Below are positions 23,201 to 31,257 of a stretch of DNA of 64,000 nt, in pieces. The stretch comes from Phoronis australis. Lineage: Eukaryota > Animalia > Phoronida. The notes beneath the pieces were generated by a model, which made no database searches, was not told the DNA's origin, and saw only the letters and a list, made by a program, of their open reading frames with translations. The translations under genes and the position numbers were made by a program. Numbering within the stretch: the first letter of the stretch is position 1; the number at the start of each line of letters is the position of its first letter. The stretch spans positions 248,001 to 312,000 of the forward strand of contig NMRA01000132.1 of the NCBI GenBank assembly GCA_002633005.1, written 5' to 3'.

Positions 23201-26200
23201 GGATAAAGGTGGAAATGTTATTTGGTTTGATGACAATACTCCCCTGGCCGCCTTCCGGCGGGGCCACCTACATTAATATAGAGATTCCTCGCACTCCGGC
23301 CGCCTTTCGGCGAGGCTGCCTCATTAATATAAAGGGGGCCCACTTTTGAAGCCCAAATTCACTTTCTTGCTTATATGATTTTGATAAGAATAAATTATTT
23401 TGAATAATAAGCTGTTTGTGGTGGTTTGGTAATGATGGTGATGGTGGTTGTGATGTGTGGTGATTCTTTTATGGTGATCATTGTAATGATTGTAGTGATT
23501 GTGGTGGTGCTGATGTTGGTGCTGGTGTTGGATATTAGTGGTAGTGGTGTTGGGGTTGTTCTGTTGAAGGTGACGTCGATGATAATGGAAGTGATAGTTG
23601 TGTAAATAGTCACGAACTTTCTGCTGTCACCAGGTGGCAGTAATGTAGCAGTGGCACTGGTTGTGGTTATCGTGAATGGTAAGTATGTGACGGTGTTGCC
23701 TTGAATAAACAATGCAATGAACAGGTTGCAATAGTGATGGCTATTGCTGGCCCGGTTATGATGTATGCATGAAGTTGATACCTCATCAGGGTAATGTATT
23801 TAGAATTTCGACAATAGATTTCTAGCTTGTTGGTGTCGCTTCTTGCAACCAGTGCACATGTGTTAAATTGTTTTCAGGTCTGACTCTGGATGAAGTCAAG
23901 TCGCAATGTATTCTCTCCTTTATTGCTGAATTTGAAAATAACGCAAGCATTCTGCAATTTTGCGCCTATTTACTGTGCGTGGAGCCTGAATGGCAAGAGA
24001 AACTTATCGATGAAATCGATCGTGAACTCAATGGGGTGAGTAGGGGTGTTGGTGTATTAGTAAATGCTAATTATTGCATGGGCGGCGCACCATAGGGGGC
24101 TGAAGGCTATAGCCTAGCCACATTTTTCAGTTCTACGCCGCCCATTGCCTGTGGGCGCTGCACCACAGGGGGACTGAGGGGCTATAGCCCCCCACTCTTT
24201 TCAGTGCTGCGCCGCCCATGTATTGCACTACTTATTATCGTGTCTGCCCAGGTATAAGCCCACCTTTCTGGTATAAGCTCATGTCTGTGTTGTGTATGTA
24301 TTGGCACTGTCTGTACTTACCGTCCGGTATGCATTCTTGTTAATTAGGGACAACTACAGTGTAACCAGTTATTAACCATACATGTTTTTACTGCATGAGT
24401 TCTCGATACTTTTCGTGGCATTCACCTTGAAAAGTATTATTTTTAAAGGCTACAGTCAGACTATGACAGAACTCAACTCTGCTAAACTCCAGTAATCTTG
24501 CGAGAATCATTTGGCAATTTAGCTGTACTTTTGTTGCAATAAATAGGCTTTTTGTCAAAATTGTGTGGGAGTTTAATATAATGGTATTGCGGCTAGCCGC
24601 TTTTTGTTGATGGAATGAACTTAGTTGTCACAATTTGGACAACGTGGATTGAGAAACACCTGTCGGGAATTTTGTCAAGGCCGGTTTACCCAGGATTGAA
24701 AGGGATTCTAGTACCAAAGAAATGGAGAGATGGTCGCAGTTTTCTGTGCTGAAACTTTGTTGAATTTCGACGTTTTCCAGTTTATTTTAACAACTGCAAT
24801 TGTATATACACACACTCAATTATTTTCATGCTGGTTGTTAAGGCGTTGCTCAAGGTTACTGCACGTGCTTATAGTGACCAATAGCCTCTATGAAAGTACT
24901 ACACGTATGTCTTATGTCACAAACATTTTACGCCTAGTCTGCACGCAGCCTGTTGGCCACATCACGTGACCTAACGACCAGACTTAAAATAATTGTGAAT
25001 ATTTTTCCACGCCGGTTTAAGAATTGCACATGTATTTACACTCGCGACTTTATGGGCGGGATGCCCACTGCTAAGTCTGATTGGATTCCTGTGTTTGACC
25101 GGTGGTCCTGATGGCTGAGTGACTAGAGCGTCTCAACGGTTAGCAGAAGGTCCTGGGTTCGAGTCACGGTCGAATTAATCTTTTCGGATTTATGTTCATT
25201 AAGTCACGTAATGCGGCCAATAGGTGGCGTGCAGACCAGACTCAAAACTTTGTGATCTAGATTTCCACTTCGGTGTAAAATTTACGTACTGATTATATGT
25301 TTAGGCTGAGCCTGACCATGACAACACCAACAATCTACAGTACATGGAAATGTTCATAGCTGAAACTCTTCGGATATATCCTCTTGCATCTAGGTATGTA
25401 TAGCTTGTGTTTTTAACTGGACCATCACAGCTGGCCCAACGGCAAAGTTACGTACTTTTTGTACTTGTAGTTGGTGTACAATTGAATTGAAATCGGTTTG
25501 GACACGTTTTGATGGCGTTTTCAAGAGAATCTGGAAATCCAACTATTGCATAAGGTTTTGTGGATGATTCTAGCTATCAGTTACACCAAAATGAAACACT
25601 CCTATGCATTAGAACTTTCTTCAATGACTTTGCCAAGCTATCCCGGTTTTGAATGTGTGATAAAATATCTGGCTCATTCATTAACTGCTGAGTCCAGTCT
25701 TGTGTCTGGTATGACAGTGCAGGCCAAATATCTACCATGCTTCAAAGGTTTACTGAAACCAATGCGTTCTCGGATCGATGGAATAGATTCTCTTAACTTC
25801 TGTTGTCGACAGGTGATTTTGGTGGTTCAATATCTAAACGTGACCAACACTTCCTCTTATAATTTAAGCGCGTGTCTATTATGTGCTGACTGTTGACGGT
25901 GGCAAATGCACTGATTCCACGAAATAAACGGTACAATTGTGACATCCGCCTACAAGTGGTAGGCATGACACCGTGAGCTTTCAGAATCAGTGGTTGTCTT
26001 AAGCACAATACATGCGCACAAAAGGTACATGACTGACACACATGACTTTTTTAAGGCAAGATTTAACTAGTACCACATACATTTTTCAGACTAGAGAGAG
26101 AATGTGCAGAAAATATCACCCTAGGCGGTCAATTCTTTCCTAAAGGATCCATTGTCAACATTCCAGTGTATGCCATACACCATGACCCCGAGTTCTACCC

Positions 26201-27809
26201 GGACCCAGAAAATTTTGATCCAGAAAGGTACACTTTTTATTGTTTTTTAAATTATGTTTGGAAATATTTTGATCACTGTTATTTTAAAGAAATTGGGACA
26301 GGTGTCAGTCTTAATTTGTTGCAGTTTAATTTAAAAATTTCGAAACCAAAACTGGAGCAAACAAAGGGGACATCCATCGCTGGTGATTAGTTTATGGACC
26401 CAGCATCGAATTTCACCCGTTTTTGTTTTTGTGCTGCGCTTGACAGCGGAGGAAGGGGTCCAAAATATCCAAGATAACTAAAGAAAGACATTGAATAAGT
26501 CACTTGTATGATTTCTTTTCAGGTTCAGCCCCGAGAACAAAGCCAATCGCAATCCATATGTGTACTTACCATTTGGCTTGGGTCCCCGAAACTGTATAGG
26601 AATGAGGCTTGCACTGCTTCAAGTGAGATTGCTGCTGGCGGCCATCTTGCAAAAATTCCAATTTATACGATGTGAAAAAACCGAGGTAGTGTAGTGGTTT
26701 TGTATTGTCATCCAATTTTGTAAGCTTCACTTTAGTGTTATGAGTGTTAGAAATAAGTAAATAAATAATATGTTGGGCAGGGTGTTTTGAGTGAATGAAG
26801 GACGGTGTGGTGGATGGCTGAAAGGCACTGTAGGATTGCAGGTGTCATAAAGTGATGTTTTGAGTGGTACAAGGAGATAGTAATACAGATGATGAAGAGA
26901 GGACAATCATATAATGTCGGGAGAAAGAGATATAAGTGTTAAGTGGAGGAGAGGGTGCCTGGGGTGTAAGAAGGTAGTTTAGTTACGGCTGTTTGATGTG
27001 TTAGGAGATAGTGTCATTGTAGTTTATGGTGTTAGAACTGAACGCTTCCTATAAGTTGGGACAACTGCTGGCCTTTAATGACTGGCATCTTTTCTTTGGG
27101 ATCAGGGAACAGAGATTGGCGTCCGCCGTTGGTTTGCCTGCCAACAGTTGAACAAAAACATTACATGCAGTGCAGACCATTTTTCCGCCAGAGTCTGCAG
27201 AAGTACTGAACCTATCATTAAAAGTTTGACCCTTTTCAGTTTTTGCTTGACAAAATGGGTTTACTACTAAATAATGAATGAAAGAGAAACCCATGCATTG
27301 AAAGTGCTGCCCAGTCTTTCTTCTTATAGTCTTAGTTACAGCCGACAGATTACAGGCTTCTGTACCTACGCTTAGTCTAGACTACATCTTTACCCCTCTC
27401 CCCCGCACCCAATACAACTTGAATAGGAGAGCACCTTGCATGGTATGACATAGATTTAAGGGCTGTTTGAGACTCATAATTAACATTTGCCTGTGTTAGG
27501 GGTTAGAGATATGCTAAAGGCACCTATTACCCAAAATGGAGACCTGAGCACACACAATCTTTACTCTCAAATTTTAAATGAACGCTGCATTTGACTGTGT
27601 ACTAGCAAATAGGTGCTTCCTCAACATGTTTAAAATGTCTTGCTTTTACCAAATGCATTGCCTGTAATGCAAATACATGTATGGTTGGTGACAGTTAAAA
27701 CTTTGTTTTTGAATTCCAGGTGCCATTGGTTATGGACAAGATGAAGCCCATGTCTCCTGCGAATGGTGTCTGGGTCAAAGTTCAACCAAGGGATTTAAGT
27801 CTGAACTAA
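5201..27809 (+). CDS. Cytochrome P450, clan 3 (CYP3A-like), gene A; 14 coding exons, 506 aa
   Basis: Exons 5201-5271, 7361-7460, 9968-10020, 11339-11435, 15848-15970, 17645-17733, 18711-18865, 20982-21094, 21727-21808, 23878-24035, 25305-25393, 26090-26227, 26523-26685, 27720-27809. All are GT-AG and phase-compatible: 1521 nt, no internal stop. Motifs: N-terminal anchor MEILGFDVPAWILYSVAILFTLYL, hinge GLPGPTVYPVVG, WKHVR, I-helix AEFENNAS, ETLR, DPERF, heme FGLGPRNCIG. Confidence 0.93.
5565..6565 (-). mobile_element. CR1/Jockey-group LINE ORF2 C-terminal fragment in intron 1 of gene A
   Basis: WSQEWRMNFKPGKS, RHLGILLDEKLSF, LPHVDYCDIIY, TGAYRGSN...WPKLSTRR, then after a frameshift a C-terminal CKCG...H...C zinc knuckle. 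Confidence 0.85.
7003..7147. mobile_element. MITE with 13-bp TIR CATGGGCGGCGCA and 5-bp TSD
   Basis: Perfect TIRs; TSD TCCAA at 6998-7002 and 7148-7152; internally a head-to-tail dimer of a ~70-bp unit. Confidence 0.85.
7958..8663 (+). mobile_element. IS3EU-like DNA transposon remnant (integrase-core transposase fragment plus probable end)
   Basis: Decayed KPFYLCMHCCI/YSRRVI*LEVVATNNDPNVI...VRVDRSTDN...YGRSTANQRI resembles the DGxSRxIxWL...NNDP...RxDxGTEN...GxSTxNQRIE signature. TCTCGA/TCGAGA repeats at 8570-8625. Homology to gene B resumes at 8664. Confidence 0.65.
12406..15577 (-). mobile_element. Internally deleted, decayed Gypsy-type LTR retrotransposon in intron 4 of gene A
   Basis: ~150-bp direct repeats at 12413-12560 and 15431-15577; purine tract on the minus strand at 12562-12577; gag-like SLTNCESFTSFEAWRRNIDY...HFLDFNNIKLE, protease-region and integrase C-terminal (CFVRKFIGSQL) remnants with stops. 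Empty site in gene B near 41525. Confidence 0.85.
16240..17070. mobile_element. Helentron/DINE-like non-autonomous repeat remnant in intron 5 of gene A
   Basis: AAAATGGCGGATGTGGCGGCCATTTT palindrome and units similar (inverted) to 33390-33460. A shorter remnant lies at the same place in gene B (40330-40470). Confidence 0.45.
19757..20555. mobile_element. ~800-bp MITE with long imperfect TIRs (PIF/Harbinger-like ends)
   Basis: 19757-19870 is the reverse complement of 20426-20555, including an exact CCTGCACCTTCAAAACAGCTAACCAGCCCGAAAAACACGA block. Confidence 0.75.
22010..22760. mobile_element. Probable non-autonomous DNA transposon insertion in intron 9 of gene A
   Basis: Absent from the homologous intron of gene B (~37130); degenerate inverted ends ATTCTCACATGA / TCGTGTAGGATT. 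Confidence 0.4.
23410..23700. repeat. Degenerate (GGT/GAT)n low-complexity tract, homologous to 36410-36730
   Basis: Trinucleotide-rich tract in intron 9 of both A and B; produces spurious Thr/His-rich ORFs. Confidence 0.7.
24077..24220. mobile_element. MITE with TIR CATGGGCGGCGCA and 5-bp TSD
   Basis: TSD TATTG at 24072-24076 and 24221-24225; gene B has the empty site GCTAATTATTGCACTAC near 36048-36064. Confidence 0.9.
24917..25258. mobile_element. Inverted-repeat element enclosing a tRNA-like (SINE-head) sequence
   Basis: Arms 24917-24974 and 25199-25258 are complementary. Inside are an A-box-like TGGCTGAGTGA (25112) and a B-box GGTTCGAGTC (25156). Partial second copy at 38412-38480. Confidence 0.6.
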
Positions 27810-29019
27810 AGTCTTATAAAGTAATGTTTTGCTTTTAATTTAGTGAACAGCTTGTGTGTCCATTATTTTTATAATTCTACCTACTGATTATTGAAAATCA
27901 CTGGAACCAAGTGTAACTTGCTGAAATTTAAAGTAAGTTTGTATGGAAGTTTGATCAAAAGCAGACGGATGTGATATTGAATTAAGCGAATATCAAACCA
28001 GGCTTTTGTCTGCTAATCAAGAAAATTTAATTAAGTCTCAGGTAAAGCTTGAAAAAGTATCTGTTTTGTTGTAACCTGTGCTTATTCCCTTATGTCACTC
28101 TGTATCCCAAGTTCAGCTGCCCAGCAGTACATTTATTTTGCATTTCCGTTGCTGATCAAGATCTCGGTTTTTCAAATTATTAATTTGCATCTGTCATCCT
28201 GGCGGGCGCGTTACAGAAGTGCTTCTTTAAATTTCAACCCTTACGGCAACAACGATAAAAAGTACATATATTTTCTTCGTTTTAAACCAGGACGTGACGA
28301 TATAAATTACTGAACAAGCTAAAATGTATGTATATACAAGAAAGAATTGTGGATCTTCAAACCTCGACAATCAATCAACTGACTGCACCTCCCTGAAGAA
28401 GGAACTGGGTATTAACACAGATGTTCCAGACCTTGATGTAACAGATTTCCCCTTCCACCATTTGCGCGTCTCCGTCCCACAGCTAGCGTTAGAGGAGGCA
28501 GCCATGCGAGATTAGAAGCCTCTTTTAGTCAGTCATCTCATTTAAAAGGGTGTGTGGCCCAATTTCAGCTCTAAGAAGACGACAAACACCTCACGGCGTT
28601 TCTTTGTAAAGCAGACATATACGAGGCAAATGCGAAGAAAGTTGAGTTTTTCATATTCATGTAAGATTACTGTTTATATCAGATGTAACAGTAACCGCTA
28701 GTGATAGTGCAAATTCTTAACCAAGTTTGGTAGAAGAAAAAAGAATTGCGTTCAAGTCATAGTGCTGGACCATGGCGGATTGCTAAGCAAGTTGAGTTGA
28801 AAAATGGAACTCTCTTGACAGTCTGGTGCAGAGATTTGTGATTAGAAATATTACATTTGTAGTGAGTGTGACTTAGCTACGAGTTTTGGAAACAGAACTG
28901 TAAGGCACATTGTACCTAGTTGAGCGTATGTCTGTGAAATGTACAGCTTGATCTAGGAGTGTGGAGATGGTGCGCAGTGATGCAAAAAACAGAGATCATT
29001 CGTCCACTTTTCTCAATGA

Positions 29020-29158
29020 TTACATTCGATTGACTTCACCAGCCCCAACCAGATCAACTGGCTAAGACATCTGACTGGTCTGTGAGCTGGAAGTCGTCAT
29101 TTGAAGAACCAATCAGATGTCTTAGCTGGTCAACCCGCCAAAGTCAATCAAGTGCAGC
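29020..29158. mobile_element. Palindromic MITE-like element
   Basis: GATTGACTT...GCTAAGACATCTGACTGGT pairs with ACCAATCAGATGTCTTAGC...AAGTCAATC. Confidence 0.6.
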
Positions 29159-29159
29159 C

Positions 29160-31257
29160 TATATTACTTTGTAATGATGCAACACTTATACATTGCTAAA
29201 CAACAGTATGTGATTGAGCTCAAACTTCAAGGAGTTTATTGAGTCTTTTCCATCAGATAACACGATTTATCTTAGCTATGCTCTCTGAATCTATGCTGTT
29301 GTTTACATTATTTACACTTATTCACGCATATACATCAAGTTGTAGATTTGTTTTTCTGTATTCCTTTTTGAATATTATCTACAGTTAAAAAACTGTTTGC
29401 AAGTATCAAATGCAGGCACCTAGTTAGTTACCCCAAATGAAATTCGTGATGAAGGTGAAATTAACCGTCTGTTCTAGAAACGAAGTGATTGTCCAAGTAA
29501 TGTGGAAAGAAATTCTTAACTACACATTTCAGTGATCGTACATCTACCTCACATTTTTGGTTTTGTTATAATTTTCTTCATTTCTTGTTTTATGTAAATA
29601 AGGTGATGCGTAAAAAGCTTGTTACAACAGAGTATGGTCATGATGGTATTACTAAATCCTAAAGTTAGAGACAAATCTTTATTTTCAAGTCATTATACAA
29701 TTCAGTCATTAAGTTAAATGTAAATTATAAATTATTGTTAGGTGTTTACCACTTAGGCACAAGGAATGAAATCAAGTTATAATTACTTGCATGTCAAAAT
29801 AAAATATTCATTACCAAGTAGAATTTGATTCCACCTTAAAACAACAACAAAGCCAGTAAACTATTCAGTTCAAACTATTCGTATGACTCAATCAAAACAC
29901 ACAAAGAATATTTAGGATTAACCCTGTATCAGGGATCACGTCCATATTGGGTTCTGCCATCTACTATAACTACACAGTTTGTGGCTAACCAAGAGGTGAA
30001 AGCATTACTTACTATTAAAATAACTGACACAAATGGCAACTTTTATAATTTTCAACTGCTGTACCAACATCGTTTTGAATGTCCACAATTTTCAGAATAT
30101 TTCCTTGTGGTAATTATGGTACAGAACCTGAACATGCTAAAACACTGAATTAGTACTACATACCTATATGAAAAATGAGGACATTATATTTCATTTCTCC
30201 ACCATATTGTATCCTAAACTGGTAATATAATACAATATGCGACACATTTCCTCATGTCACAGAGTGGTTCTTGCAGTGCTATTCAAGGACAGTAGTCTTT
30301 CCACACAGTGGTCAATGAACGCATCTATTAACCATACAGACTGGATTTTTATATTTACTCTAAATTTTGACTAGGACAACACAGTAGTTACAGTGTAGAG
30401 AGCTGGTGGTTTTAGTAGCTTATAACAGATTTTTGTACCTAAAGAGAATTACGTTCTTTAGTAATTATTCCCATCATGATCAATGTCATCTAGACAGAAA
30501 TTCACAACTCAAAATAATGAACATTCAAATATAATGTGGCACTATTCCATTTACCTTCAGCAGTGGAGTTATCTCCCCTTACGCTATTATTGAACATCAT
30601 TGGGATACTTGATGGTTATCACTGAATGCAGCCTCTTTTGAATGGCGCATTGTAATGGTGTGGATCTAGGATAATGACCAGGGAGTCCGCCAGGACACAA
30701 ACTCACACCAGATTCCCGTTGCAGCAGTTAAAGTGACCACCACCAAGGATTAGACACCCTGTACCACCCCTCTGAATCCACTTCTGATATCCCAATTGAT
30801 ATTCAGATGAGAAGCATAAATTTAAGAGAACCCTAAGACAATTAAGGGCGAAAGATGTAAAACAATACTCAAAAAATAACCTTTTGATCAGCAACATCAA
30901 TGCCAAAAATTGAACTGCTGAGCAGCTAACCTTGGGGTACACAACAGTGACAAGGGACTAAGCATATCGCACAAAGAAACAGGATTCGTTTTCAAACTTT
31001 ACCTGTGACCTATTTTTTTTTTCACTAGCAGACAAAAGCAATCACTTAGTGATCAATACTTAACAAAAATTAACAATAATTCAATATCAAATTCGTCCGC
31101 TTCTGATCAAGCTTCTATACAGACTACTAAAATTTCAGCAACTGACACTTGGTTCCAGTGATTTCAATAATCAATAGGTAGAATGATGAAAATTACAACA
31201 CACAAGCTGTTTACAGAACGAAAAGCAAAGCACCATTTCTTTTCATAAGCTCGGAGG
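29160..31257. repeat. 3' flank of gene B, duplicated directly at 54428-57075 (3' flank of gene C)
   Basis: Colinear similarity over ~2 kb, for example AAACTTCAAGGAGTTTAT at 29222 and 54471, and GGATCTAGGATAATGACCAGGGAGTCCGCCAGGACACAAACTCACACCAGATTCCCGTTGCAGCA in both. Confidence 0.9.

Noticed and set aside
25095-25175. Functional tRNA gene (also 47895-47965)
   Set aside because: A and B boxes are present, but the cloverleaf is incomplete and the sequence is embedded in repeats; treated as tRNA-derived repeat.
28390-28435. Second hammerhead-like motif (CTGAAGA-A-GGAAC...GTTCC)
   Set aside because: No GAAA after stem II and no stem III; at best a dead relic or a chance match.
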